DNA of 64,000 nt, from positions 768,001 to 832,000 of the forward strand of contig CAUVXB020000002.1 of the NCBI GenBank assembly GCA_963555825.3, in the 5' to 3' direction. The notes below the pieces were generated by a model. It was given only the letters and a program-made list of their open reading frames with translations, ran no database searches and had not been told where the DNA came from. Positions 37,887-47,559 of the stretch are shown in pieces. Every line of letters begins with the position of its first letter. Position 1 is the stretch's first letter. The position numbers were made by a program, and so were the translations under genes. Source of the stretch: Alphaproteobacteria bacterium (GTDB lineage Bacteria; Pseudomonadota; Alphaproteobacteria; JAAXGF01).

Positions 37887-38804
37887 ATGACCCGGGTCGA
37901 CGCGCCGACGGCGGCTTCACCCGCGCTCAGCTATTCGCGCGGCGTGCTTCTCGTGCTGCTCGCCGGGGTGTGCTGGTCGTCGATGGGGCTCGCCATCCGT
38001 TCCATGGAGGCCGCCAACGTCTGGCAGATCCTGTTCTACCGCTCTTGCGCGCTGGCGCCCTTCCTGTTCGCGATCATCGCCATCCGCTCGGGCGGCAGGC
38101 CGCTCGCGGTCATCCGCAAGGCCGGCGTCGCCAGCGTGATCGGCGGTCTGGCGCTGGTCGTCGCCTTTACCGGCGGCATCTATGCCATCCAGACCACGAC
38201 GGTCGCCAACGCCATGTTCCTGTTCGCGACCGCGCCCTTCATGGCCGCGCTGCTCGGCCGGCTGGTGCTGGGCGAGCGGGTGCGGTCCGCCACCTTGATC
38301 GCCGCGGCGGTCGCCCTGGTCGGCATCGTCATGATGGTCGCCGAGGGCATCGCGCTCGGCTTCATGCGCGGCAATATCGCCGCGTTCGTGTCGGCGTTCG
38401 GCTTCGCCGTCTTCACCATCGCGCTCAGATGGGGACGGCTCGAGGACATGCTGCCGACGGTGTTCCTGTCCGGCGTCTTCGCCATCGGCGCGACCGGCGC
38501 CGTGTGCCTTACGGCCGGCTACACCTTTGCGATCCCGGCTTGGGACATCTCGATCGCGCTTGCCCTCGGCGTCTTCCAGGTCGGCGCCGGGCTGGTGTGT
38601 TTCACGATCGGCTCAAGGGTCGTGCCGGCCGCCGAGCTCGCGCTCTTGTCGATGACCGAGGTCGTACTCGGTCCTCTGTGGGTCTGGCTGTTCCTCGGCG
38701 AGACCACCGGGCTCTACACGCTCTTGGGCGGCGCCATCCTGATGGCCGCGATCGCCGGCAACGCCATCTCCGGCCTCAGGCGCAAGCCGACGCCGGTGAT
38801 GTGA
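37887..38804 (+). CDS. DMT/EamA-family transporter
   Basis: About ten hydrophobic segments with duplicated LGE motifs. Confidence 0.9.
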   Translation: MTRVDAPTAASPALSYSRGVLLVLLAGVCWSSMGLAIRSMEAANVWQILFYRSCALAPFLFAIIAIRSGGRPLAVIRKAGVASVIGGLALVVAFTGGIYAIQTTTVANAMFLFATAPFMAALLGRLVLGERVRSATLIAAAVALVGIVMMVAEGIALGFMRGNIAAFVSAFGFAVFTIALRWGRLEDMLPTVFLSGVFAIGATGAVCLTAGYTFAIPAWDISIALALGVFQVGAGLVCFTIGSRVVPAAELALLSMTEVVLGPLWVWLFLGETTGLYTLLGGAILMAAIAGNAISGLRRKPTPVM

Positions 38805-38969
38805 ACGGCGACGGCGAATTTACCCCGGAAGGCCGATCTCCAAATTCGCTGGCAAGCGCGTCAAAATCACGGCATGTTTGTTCGTCGAATGGATTGAACA
38901 CGGTCCGACAAAACTAGCGGTGCTTTCCCGAATGGCCGAAACGATCGCGCGCCGAGGCAGGAGCCTCTC

Positions 38970-40853
38970 ATGACAGAAGACACCGTCGAGCGGCGATTAT
39001 CGACAATCCTGGCCGCCGACGTCGTCGGCTACAGCCGTCTCGTCGGCATCGACGAGGCCGGCACGGTCGCCGCCATCAAGACGCTGATCAGCGGTTTGAT
39101 TGAACCGAAGGCGGTCCAGTATCACGGGCGCATCGTCAAACTGATGGGCGATGGCTTGCTGATGGAGTTCGTCAGCGTCGTCGATGCCGTGCTCTTCGCG
39201 GTCGAAATTCAGGGCGCCATCGCGATGCGAAACGAGGACATCGAAGAGGACCGCCGGATCGTCTACCGGGTCGGCATCAATATCGGCGACATCATCGTCG
39301 ACGGCGAGGACATCCACGGCGATGGCGTCAATATCGCCGCGCGGCTCGAAACCATCGCGGAACCCGGCGGCATCTATATTTCCGACGCGGCCTTTAGCCA
39401 AGTCCGGGGCAAGCTCGATCTGACCTTCGAAAGCCTCGGCGAACAGATGGTCAAGAACATCGCCCAGCCGGTGTCGGTCTGCCGCGTCGTCATGGACGAC
39501 AAGGCCAACGACCGTATCACCGACGTGCAGCGCGCCGAGCAGCAACGCCGGCCATTATCGCTGTTGATTGCTGCGGGTGTCGCGGTTTTCGCCATCGTTG
39601 GCGGTCTCGCTTGGTGGCAGTTCGGCAAGCCACCAGCCGCGCCCGAAGCGCCGGCTCAAGCCGTCCTGCCATTGCCTGACAAACCCTCGGTCGTCGTGCT
39701 GCCGCTCAAGAACCTGTCGGACGAGGCCGGCCAGGACAGCCTGTCGAGCGCCATCTCAGAGGACATCACCACGGAGCTCTCGCGCTTTTCCGATCTCTTC
39801 GTCATTTCGCCCGATTCGGCGAACTTCTATCGCGACCAGAAGAAGACGCCCAAACAAATCGGCCGCGAGCTGGGCGTCCGCTATGTCTTGGCGGGCAGCA
39901 TGCGGCGGGCGGGAGACCGCTTGCGCGTCACCGTTCAACTGATCGAGGCTGAGAGCGAATCGCAGGTGTGGACCGAAAAGTACGACCGCACGATCACCGA
40001 TGTCTTCGTCGTGCAGGACGAGATTGTCCGCTCGGTGGTGACCGCGCTGGGCGAGACGATCTGGCGCAGCGCCGCCGCCAAACTGGCCGCCAAGCCGTTG
40101 GAGAACTTCGCCGCCTCCGACTTTCTCCTGCAGGGGCTGGAGGTCTTCCACAAGCTGAACAAGGACGCGACCCAAGAAGCACGGCGACTGTTCCTGAACG
40201 CCAACGAACTGGAGCCCGAGTTCGGACTGCCCTATATCGGTCTCGCCTGGACCCATTACATTGAATACCGCGCCCAATGGGTCGAAACGGGCCCGGAGGC
40301 ACTGGACAAAGCGACCGAATTTGCCGAGCAAGCATCGGAGTACCTCGGCAGCGACGATAAGGTTTATCGAATCTTGTCGAAAATCAGCCAGGCGCGCGGC
40401 GAATTCGACAAGGCGCTGGCGCAAATCGAGCGGGCGTTGGAGCTCAACCCGAACGACGGCGACCTGCTCGCCACCTATGGCGACATGCTGGCCTATGCGG
40501 GGCAGAGCGGTGACGCCCGACCCTGGGTCGACGACGCCATGCGCCGCAACCCGCATTTCCCCGACTGGTATGCCTCGGTGCTGGCCAAGATCCTCTATCT
40601 CCAGAAGGACTACGATGGCGCCATAGCTGCCCTCAACCGCGTCGGAACGCTGGCGATCTGGGATCGTCGCATCCTGGCCGCCAGCTACGGGCAACTGGGC
40701 CGCCGAGACGACGCGCAGAAGCACGTCGAGGCCGTGCTCGAAAGCGATCCCGAATTTTCGCTGGCGACGTTCAAATCGACGGTCCAATACCGCCGCGACG
40801 CCGACAAGGATCACTTCCTCGACGGCCTGAAGAAAGCGGGATTGCCGGAATAG
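38970..40853 (+). CDS. Class III adenylate/guanylate cyclase with TM, TolB-like and TPR domains
   Basis: AADVVGYSRL, MGDG, GINIGD, GVNIAARLE, LPDKPSVVVLP and TPR repeats. Confidence 0.92.
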   Translation: MTEDTVERRLSTILAADVVGYSRLVGIDEAGTVAAIKTLISGLIEPKAVQYHGRIVKLMGDGLLMEFVSVVDAVLFAVEIQGAIAMRNEDIEEDRRIVYRVGINIGDIIVDGEDIHGDGVNIAARLETIAEPGGIYISDAAFSQVRGKLDLTFESLGEQMVKNIAQPVSVCRVVMDDKANDRITDVQRAEQQRRPLSLLIAAGVAVFAIVGGLAWWQFGKPPAAPEAPAQAVLPLPDKPSVVVLPLKNLSDEAGQDSLSSAISEDITTELSRFSDLFVISPDSANFYRDQKKTPKQIGRELGVRYVLAGSMRRAGDRLRVTVQLIEAESESQVWTEKYDRTITDVFVVQDEIVRSVVTALGETIWRSAAAKLAAKPLENFAASDFLLQGLEVFHKLNKDATQEARRLFLNANELEPEFGLPYIGLAWTHYIEYRAQWVETGPEALDKATEFAEQASEYLGSDDKVYRILSKISQARGEFDKALAQIERALELNPNDGDLLATYGDMLAYAGQSGDARPWVDDAMRRNPHFPDWYASVLAKILYLQKDYDGAIAALNRVGTLAIWDRRILAASYGQLGRRDDAQKHVEAVLESDPEFSLATFKSTVQYRRDADKDHFLDGLKKAGLPE

Positions 40854-41030
40854 GCACCCGCGCCGGCAATGCCATCTCGGGCCTGCGCCGCAAACCGCCG
40901 TCGGTGATCTAAACGCGGACGGACCCCTCTCGGCCTCCAGCGAAGCCCCCATTTTGCCCGCGATGACGGGAGGATATGGTACATCCTCGCAGCGCTGCGG
41001 GGGCCGAACCGCGTGCGCCGAAGGGATGTC

Positions 41031-41492
41031 ATGAGCGTCGACAATATGCAGCCGTCCAAGCGAGACGAACCGGACGATCGGGCCCTGTTCAATCGCCTTG
41101 TCGTGGCGTACCGGCGCGGCGAGGTTGCTATCGATATCGACGCGGCTGCGCTGGGACATCCCCATTGCCCCTTGTCGGCAAAGGTTTATTCGACGCGCGC
41201 GTTCTATGCGATCGTCGCCGTGGTCGGCCTGTCGTTCGCGGTGTTCGGTTATGAAGTGGCGATTGGCGCCACGGTGGGATCGCTCGTGTTTTACTGGATC
41301 GTCGGCCGCCGCCTGGTGCATCGCAAGATGCGGGCGTTCGCCTGCGCACAGATCACGGGCAACGTCGAGCTGTGGCGGAAGATGTGGCGTTTCGGCGCCA
41401 TCACCCTGTCGCGGGTAACGGCAGACGGTCCGCTGCACTGCCGCGCGCCGGAGGAGAGTTGGCGTGCATTTTCCAGAGACTGCAAAACTTGA
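41031..41492 (+). CDS. Hypothetical membrane protein
   Basis: Hydrophobic hairpin; LWRKMWRFG; AAGGGA RBS. Confidence 0.65.
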   Translation: MSVDNMQPSKRDEPDDRALFNRLVVAYRRGEVAIDIDAAALGHPHCPLSAKVYSTRAFYAIVAVVGLSFAVFGYEVAIGATVGSLVFYWIVGRRLVHRKMRAFACAQITGNVELWRKMWRFGAITLSRVTADGPLHCRAPEESWRAFSRDCKT

Positions 41493-41896
41493 ACGGTGCC
41501 TCGGGCTATTTCGGGCATGCCCTCGACGCCGGCCATGCGGATTTTGGTATTTCGCCGTTCGACGTCTGCCGATCGCGCCGGACCGCAGGTTCGTCTCCGA
41601 CCTCGAGAGCACGGCCGCGCTGGACTAGAAACGGCGGCGGAAAGCCCGCGGTTCCGATCGACGCCACCGATGTTCGCTGACCGCTCCAAACCGGACGCCG
41701 GAAACGAGATCGCTGGACGCCTCCTAATGCCTCTTTGCGGACCCCGGGGATGAAGGTCACGGCGATTGCTCGGTGGCCAAGCGAATGGCACTGACGGCTA
41801 CATTGTTGTAGCATGCAAAATACGAACAGATGAGTCGGACCCGATTTCCTTGGACACAGAATTGGCTTAATCGAAGTGTCCAAGGAGGACCGGAAC

Positions 41897-42307
41897 ATGA
41901 CCGACAATTTTGAGAACAAAGTTGCTGTTGATGGGCCTGTGGTAAACGAGGGCGAGCTTGGCTCGTCCACGTTTTCCCCGGGCCAGGTTTCGCCGGCAGG
42001 CCCGCTGGGACTTGGCCAGCGGTGGACGGTGACGCGCAAGCGTGAGGTTGCCCTGCGGCTTTTGCGTGGCGAGCCGGTGGAACTTTTGTCGCGGCAGTTG
42101 GGCGTGGAGATTTTCCGGCTCGAGCAGTGGCGTGAGAAGGCGATCGCCGGGATCGATGCCTCGCTCAAGGAACGCAAGGGCGATCCGGTGAAGGCGGAAC
42201 TGGACATCGCCATGAAGCGGATCGGGGAGTTGATCATGCAGGTGGAACTGCTGGAGGCCAAGACGGAGACGTCCGGCCCTTTGGGGCGGCGGAGGTCGCG
42301 GCGATGA
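41897..42307 (+). CDS. IS OrfA (HTH)
   Basis: RKREVALRLLRGE..LSRQLGV..LEQWRE; AGGAGG RBS before ATG 41897. Confidence 0.85.
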   Translation: MTDNFENKVAVDGPVVNEGELGSSTFSPGQVSPAGPLGLGQRWTVTRKREVALRLLRGEPVELLSRQLGVEIFRLEQWREKAIAGIDASLKERKGDPVKAELDIAMKRIGELIMQVELLEAKTETSGPLGRRRSRR

Positions 42308-43215
42308 GTGCCGCCACCTCTCCCGGCACGGGTTTGGCCTACGGCCTCCAGCGGGTCTGTGCGGCCTGGGGTTTTGCCCGTTCCTCGTTCTACGCCATGA
42401 AATCCCGGCAGCAGGCCACCGCTGAGCGCCCACCAGCAAAGCGCCGGGGACCGAAGCCCTCGATCTCGGACGAGGCTCTGCTGGTGGCCATCGAGGCCGA
42501 CCTGGAGGCATCCCCCTGGGAGGGCGAGGGACACCGCAAGGTCTGGGCTCGGCTTCGGGTCTGTCGTGGCATCCGTGTTTCCCGCAAGCGGGGGCTCCGG
42601 GTGATGCGCGAGAACAACCTGCTCTCGCCCCATCGCTGCCGCCGCCGTGGCGGAAATCCCCATGTCGGTGAGATCATCACCCATGCCCCCAACCTCATGT
42701 GGGGCACGGACGGCGTTCGGGTGTTCACGGTGGACGACGGCTGGGGCTGGATATTCACCGCCATCGAGCATTGGAACGCCGAGTGCGTCGGCTGGCATGT
42801 GTGCAAGCGAGGCGACCGCTTCGCCGCCCTTCAGCCGATCTCCATGGGGCTTGCGAGGCTGTATGCCTCGACCTCCGCCGGTGCGGCGCGGGGGCTGGCC
42901 TTGCGGATGGATCACGGCTCCCAGTATCTGTCGGACCACTTCACCAACCAGATCAAGTTCTGGGGCATCCAGCCGTCCTACGCCTTCGTCGAACAGCCCC
43001 AGACCAACGGCGTCGCCGAGAGGTTCAATCGCACGCTCAAGGAACAGATCATCCATGGCCGCATCTACCGCAACATCGCGGAGCTGCGGAACGCCGTCCG
43101 CGGGTTCGTCGAACAGTACAATGCCCAGTGGATCGTGGAGAAGAACGGCTACCTGAGCCCCGCTCAAGCTCGTCAGGCGTGGCACACCGCGATGTCACTC
43201 AGGCCCGCCGCATGA
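42304..43215 (+). CDS. IS OrfB DDE integrase-core transposase
   Basis: WGTD, MDHGSQY and NGVAERFNRTLKE; ATGA overlap with OrfA. Confidence 0.9.
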   Translation: MSAATSPGTGLAYGLQRVCAAWGFARSSFYAMKSRQQATAERPPAKRRGPKPSISDEALLVAIEADLEASPWEGEGHRKVWARLRVCRGIRVSRKRGLRVMRENNLLSPHRCRRRGGNPHVGEIITHAPNLMWGTDGVRVFTVDDGWGWIFTAIEHWNAECVGWHVCKRGDRFAALQPISMGLARLYASTSAGAARGLALRMDHGSQYLSDHFTNQIKFWGIQPSYAFVEQPQTNGVAERFNRTLKEQIIHGRIYRNIAELRNAVRGFVEQYNAQWIVEKNGYLSPAQARQAWHTAMSLRPAA

Positions 43216-43282
43216 GACAAACTTGTGTCCAAGGAACCGGGTGCGATACAAAAATACGAACAGATATAAGGGGCATCGGAAC

Positions 43283-43531
43283 GTGAAGAGAATCATAGCT
43301 ATCACGCTAACGTGCTTTATCGCGTTATCGTCAAGCGTGGTTTCATCGCAGGTCGTCGCTGCTGAAGACAAAGATCTTGCGGCCGTGGCCATCGACAACA
43401 AGGGCAAAGTAGTAGGGTTGGTCGTCGGCTGCGTGGTGGCCTTCCCAGTTGGGTGCATCATAGGTGCAGTTGCTGGGGTGGCCTATGATGAAGTCGTTGA
43501 GCCGATGATAGTTGGTGAGGACGGCAGATAG
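43283..43531 (+). CDS. Small secreted/membrane protein with a glycine-zipper-like segment
   Basis: AAGGGG RBS, GTG start, signal peptide, GLVVGCVV..GCIIGAVAG. Confidence 0.6.
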   Translation: MKRIIAITLTCFIALSSSVVSSQVVAAEDKDLAAVAIDNKGKVVGLVVGCVVAFPVGCIIGAVAGVAYDEVVEPMIVGEDGR

Positions 43532-43630
43532 GATTGCGTGGCGTCGTCGCGGTCGTTACCGCGTAGACGGCCGGCGACGCGCCCTGTCGTCACTGATTTC
43601 AGCGATTGCGACCATCGGCTTCAGTATTCG

Positions 43631-43789
43631 TCACTGCTGCCGGACACCCTGCGGGTGGCTTGCGACCAACCGATCTATAACCTGGCGGTACGTATTCAGC
43701 GTTGCCAGGGTCGCTTCCTTGTCGGCCTCCATGAGGCGCGAATAGCACACCACGTCGGCAGCGGGTATGGCCGCGAGGCGGCGCTCCAT
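43631..43789 (-). pseudogene. Adenylate cyclase N-terminal remnant
   Basis: MERRLAAIPAADVVCYSRLMEADKEATL resembles the start of 38970-40853; AAGGGAGG RBS; stops after 52 codons. Confidence 0.8.
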
Positions 43790-43995
43790 GTGACGGCCTC
43801 CCTTGTCGGTGAGACTAGCGAGTTTCAGTGGAAGAATCTATCTGCGGAGAGAATCCTCGATTTGCCGCCTTGTGGTAGTTTCCGGACATCCAGCGGTTGG
43901 TATCGCGGGGTCCGCTTCCCATTCGCAAGCGGAATTGAGAGGCCGAAAGTCCATCCCCGCTTATCGGTCGATGCGGTTCCCGCCGCCGCCGGAAA

Positions 43996-44481
43996 TTACT
44001 GAGCCATGGCATCGTTGCCGAGGAAGAGGATGGCGATGCCGACCACGATACAGGCGCCACCGACCAACTGGCGCCACGACAGCGTCTCCTTGAAGACCAG
44101 ATAACCGACGACCATGGTGATGACGATCGTGCCCGAAACGATGACCGGCACGGCGACGGTCGCCGGCATCGGCTTGACGTCGCCGATGCCGCCGAACAGG
44201 TAGAAGTAAGCGATCTCGGCGCCGCCGATGCAAATGCCGGCCGCCGCGGCCCAATGATACGCGGTCGTCGGCAGCGCCAGGCTGTGCCCGCCACGCAGAA
44301 CGACGAATGCGATGAACGCCATCGACGTCGAGAGCGCCGCGAGCTGCAGGCACACCGTCGCCAGGATGGTCGACGTCGCCTCGGCCGGGACATGCGATCC
44401 CGACACCTTGATCAAGAGATTGTAGCCCGCGTAGAGCAGCGTGACCGTGACAAGCAAAAACGTGCTGACCATTTCTCCCAT
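43996..44481 (-). CDS. Single-domain EamA/DMT-like membrane protein
   Basis: About five hydrophobic segments; FKETLSWRQLVG; start uncertain. Confidence 0.8.
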   Translation of the reverse strand: MGEMVSTFLLVTVTLLYAGYNLLIKVSGSHVPAEATSTILATVCLQLAALSTSMAFIAFVVLRGGHSLALPTTAYHWAAAAGICIGGAEIAYFYLFGGIGDVKPMPATVAVPVIVSGTIVITMVVGYLVFKETLSWRQLVGGACIVVGIAILFLGNDAMAQ

Positions 44482-44664
44482 CCCCTCAAACATTCATCCG
44501 CACAACCGACCGCGAGAGCAACAAGTACTGTCACGGACCGGTCCCTGGCGCCATCCGATAGCCTATTCGATCCTCGTCGGTGGTTGTCGATTTCCTCCGA
44601 CTTGATTTGTCATCGGGATTTCTCGACGATACCGGCGTCTATCAGCCGAAGGAGGAAACCGCGG

Positions 44665-45627
44665 ATGGCGGCGAGCAACCGCAATGCCCAAAGCGCGGAG
44701 ACGCAACCGATGACGGGCCGTCGGTTCGCACAGTCGCTCGACTGGAACCTGCTGAGGACCTTCTACCAGATCGTCCAGGCCGGCGGCATCAGCGAAGCCG
44801 CGCGGCGCAGCAGCCGCAAGCAGCCGGCGTTGAGCATGGCGCTCAAGCGGCTCGAGGACCACGTCGGCGCGCGGCTCTGCCGGCGCGGCCCGGGCGGCTT
44901 CAAGCTCACCCGCGAGGGCGAGCTGCTGGCCGAGACCTGCGGCGCGCTCTACGGCGGCGTCGCCAACATTCCGCACTCGGTCGCCAACGTGGCCACCGAC
45001 GTCCACGGCCGGGTCCGAATCCAGTTGATCAGCAACCTGGTCGACCCGCGCATCGACGACGCCATCCAGTCGTTTCACCGCGCCCACCAGCTGGTCGAAC
45101 TCTTCATCAGCGTCGCCACGTGGGACGTCATTCAACGCAGCGTGCTGCGCGACGAGGTCGAGATCGGCATCGCGCCGAGCCATCACCGGGATTCCGACCT
45201 GCGCTACGAGCTGTTGTTCCACGAGGTTTACCGGCCCTACTGCGGACGCTCGCACCCTTTGTTCGGCGTCACCGCCGACCGTCCCGCCGACCTCGCCGCT
45301 TACCCCTTTATCCTGACCGGCGCCGACGAACCCTACCAGCAGACCAAGTTCCGCCAGCGCTATGGCCTGGGCCGCCACGTCGCGGGCCTCTCCGAGCACC
45401 TCGAGGAAGCGCGCCGGATGACCGTGCTCGGCCTCGGCCTCTGCTTCCTGCCCGAGGCGTTCGTCGCGCGCGAAACGGAAAGCGGCCACCTGCATCCGGT
45501 ATTGGGGTCGGATAACAACCCGTCGTCGGAGATTTCCGTCATTTCCCATCCCCAGGCGCCGCCGCACCGGGCGCGCGACCTGCTGTTGGAGCACTTCCGC
45601 GACGTCATGCCCCTAACACGAAAATGA
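44665..45627 (+). CDS. LysR-family transcriptional regulator
   Basis: LDWNLLRTF..GISEAA..QPALSMALKRLE; GGAGG RBS. Confidence 0.93.
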   Translation: MAASNRNAQSAETQPMTGRRFAQSLDWNLLRTFYQIVQAGGISEAARRSSRKQPALSMALKRLEDHVGARLCRRGPGGFKLTREGELLAETCGALYGGVANIPHSVANVATDVHGRVRIQLISNLVDPRIDDAIQSFHRAHQLVELFISVATWDVIQRSVLRDEVEIGIAPSHHRDSDLRYELLFHEVYRPYCGRSHPLFGVTADRPADLAAYPFILTGADEPYQQTKFRQRYGLGRHVAGLSEHLEEARRMTVLGLGLCFLPEAFVARETESGHLHPVLGSDNNPSSEISVISHPQAPPHRARDLLLEHFRDVMPLTRK

Positions 45628-45656
45628 GAGACCGCAACGCGAACCTAGTCGATCGT

Positions 45657-45687
45657 TGTAGCATCAGTTACATTGATGATAATCATC
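45657..45687. promoter_or_regulatory. Overlapping palindromes upstream of the ABC operon
   Basis: CATCA-N7-TGATG (LysR-type T-N11-A) at 45662-78; TGTA-N8-TACA at 45657-72; GATGAT-A-ATCATC at 45675-87. Confidence 0.55.
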
Positions 45688-45846
45688 GGGTTAATGGACC
45701 TATTACCTAATTCCGCGAATGTTTAGAATGATTTGTTTGGGATTCCAAATACCGATCCAGAGACATCGTCCGAAAGCGGCGAAGCACTGGTTGGAGGGCG
45801 CTTGGTGGAACACGAAACGGCGGCCGAACGGTCGCTGAAGGATGGC

Positions 45847-46677
45847 ATGGCGGCGTCCGAAGAAGCCGCACCGCGCCACAGGGAACGGTTCTTGGAGTTG
45901 CTGTCGCCGCCCTCGGCGCGCCGCTCGGCAGTGCTGGGGGTCGTTGGCGCCATTGTCTTTTTCGCCGTCTGGGAGGCCGGCCATTACGCGACACCCGAAG
46001 CGGGCCAGCGCTTCCTGCCGGCGGTCGAGCAGGTCGTGGGCAAGCTCATCTTCCTGTTCACCGAAAAGGGCTTCCTGACAGATGTGGCGGTCAGTTGCAT
46101 GCGCATCTTCGGCAGCTTCTTCATAGCCTCGCTCATCGCCGTGCCGCTGGGCATCGCCATGGGCTGCTTCGGCAGCCTGAAGGCGCTGGTCAACCCGACC
46201 GTGTCGGGCTGGCGATATCTGCCAGCGGCCTCCTTCATCCCGCTGCTGCTTGTCTGGTTCGGCCCGTCCGAGACGGCCAAGATCGCGCTGCTGATCCTCG
46301 GCGTCGTTTTCTTCCTCGTCGCCATGGTGCTCGACAATACCGAGGCGGTTCAACGCGAGTTCATCGAGGCGGCGCTCACCATGGGCGCGAGCCGCACGCG
46401 CATCGTCTTCGAGGTCGTGGTGCCGGCGGTATTCCCGGCCATCATCGATTCGATGCGTACCATGATCGCCGTAGGGTGGACCTATCTGGTCATCGCCAAG
46501 ATCGTCGGCGCCCAGGACGGCATCGGCGCGGTGATGATGCGCGCCGGGCGGTTCCTGCATGTCGACATCATCATGGCCGGCATCATGATGATCGGCATTC
46601 TCGGCGTTCTGACCGACATCCTGTTCCGCGTCGCCTCGCGTTTTCTCTTCCCGTGGAATGTCGCGCGAAAGGTTTGA
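45847..46677 (+). CDS. ABC transporter permease (TauC/SsuC-like)
   Basis: EAALTMGA motif and PLLLVWFG; start uncertain (45733-45847). Confidence 0.9.
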   Translation: MAASEEAAPRHRERFLELLSPPSARRSAVLGVVGAIVFFAVWEAGHYATPEAGQRFLPAVEQVVGKLIFLFTEKGFLTDVAVSCMRIFGSFFIASLIAVPLGIAMGCFGSLKALVNPTVSGWRYLPAASFIPLLLVWFGPSETAKIALLILGVVFFLVAMVLDNTEAVQREFIEAALTMGASRTRIVFEVVVPAVFPAIIDSMRTMIAVGWTYLVIAKIVGAQDGIGAVMMRAGRFLHVDIIMAGIMMIGILGVLTDILFRVASRFLFPWNVARKV

Positions 46678-46680
46678 CGG

Positions 46681-47493
46681 ATGACCGAACGCAGCCAGCC
46701 GGACACCCTGCCCAGAGACGCCGTCGTGGCGCGCAACATCACCAAGCAGTACGTGAAGGGCACGTTCACGGCGCTCGACGATATCACCCTGACGCTCCAC
46801 GAGAACCAGTTCGTCTGTTTCATCGGTCCGTCGGGCTGCGGCAAGACGACCATGCTGCGCCTGATCTCCGGGCTCGAGATGCCGACCCGCGGACGGCTTT
46901 CGACTTTCGGCGAGGCGATCGGCGGGCCGGGACCGGACCGCGGCATGATCTTTCAGGCCTATACCTCGTTTCCCTGGCTCACGGCTCGCAAAAACATCGA
47001 ATACGGCATGAAGATCGTCGGCGTGCCCAGGGCCGAGCGCGAGCAAAAGGCGACCGAGATGCTCAAGTTTGTCCATCTCGAGGATTTCGAGAACAGCTAT
47101 CCGCACAGCCTGTCGGGCGGCATGAAGCAGCGCGTCGCTCTCGCCCGCACTCTGGCGCAGGACCCGCAGGTTTTGCTGATGGACGAGCCCTTCGGTGCGC
47201 TCGACGCCCAGGTCCGCTGGGAAATGCAGGAAATGATGATCGAAGTCATCGAGCGCGAGAGCAAGACGGTGATCGCCGTCACCCATGACATCGAGGAGGC
47301 CATCTATCTCTCCGACCGAATCATCTTCTTCACCCGCCAGCCTGGCCGCATCAAGGCCGACATCGCGCTTGAGTTCAAGCAGGGGCGGCGCTTTCCGCGC
47401 AAGGAGGAACTCTTCGAGCAGCCGGGCTACGTCGAAATGGAACGCCAGCTTTTCGCCATGATGCGCGAGGAGATCACCGGCAGCGCAGCCTGA
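46681..47493 (+). CDS. ABC transporter ATP-binding protein
   Basis: GPSGCGKT, LSGGMKQR, LLMDEPF and THD. Confidence 0.97.
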   Translation: MTERSQPDTLPRDAVVARNITKQYVKGTFTALDDITLTLHENQFVCFIGPSGCGKTTMLRLISGLEMPTRGRLSTFGEAIGGPGPDRGMIFQAYTSFPWLTARKNIEYGMKIVGVPRAEREQKATEMLKFVHLEDFENSYPHSLSGGMKQRVALARTLAQDPQVLLMDEPFGALDAQVRWEMQEMMIEVIERESKTVIAVTHDIEEAIYLSDRIIFFTRQPGRIKADIALEFKQGRRFPRKEELFEQPGYVEMERQLFAMMREEITGSAA

Positions 47494-47559
47494 ACGATGG
47501 CGCTGTCGGCAACGATCGAAAATCGAGATCCGATACCGTATCCAGCAAGGGAGGAAGCC

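Larger units (their letters stand above)
41831..43250 (+). mobile_element. IS3-like two-ORF insertion sequence with 14-bp direct repeats
   Basis: TG...CA ends; IRs share TTCCTTGGACACA; AAAATACGAACAGA at 41817-30 and 43251-64. Confidence 0.9.

Noticed and set aside
45628-45846. Guanidine riboswitch upstream of the ABC operon
   Set aside because: No paired ACGR hairpins or ykkC-like motif recognisable by eye; an Infernal search would be decisive
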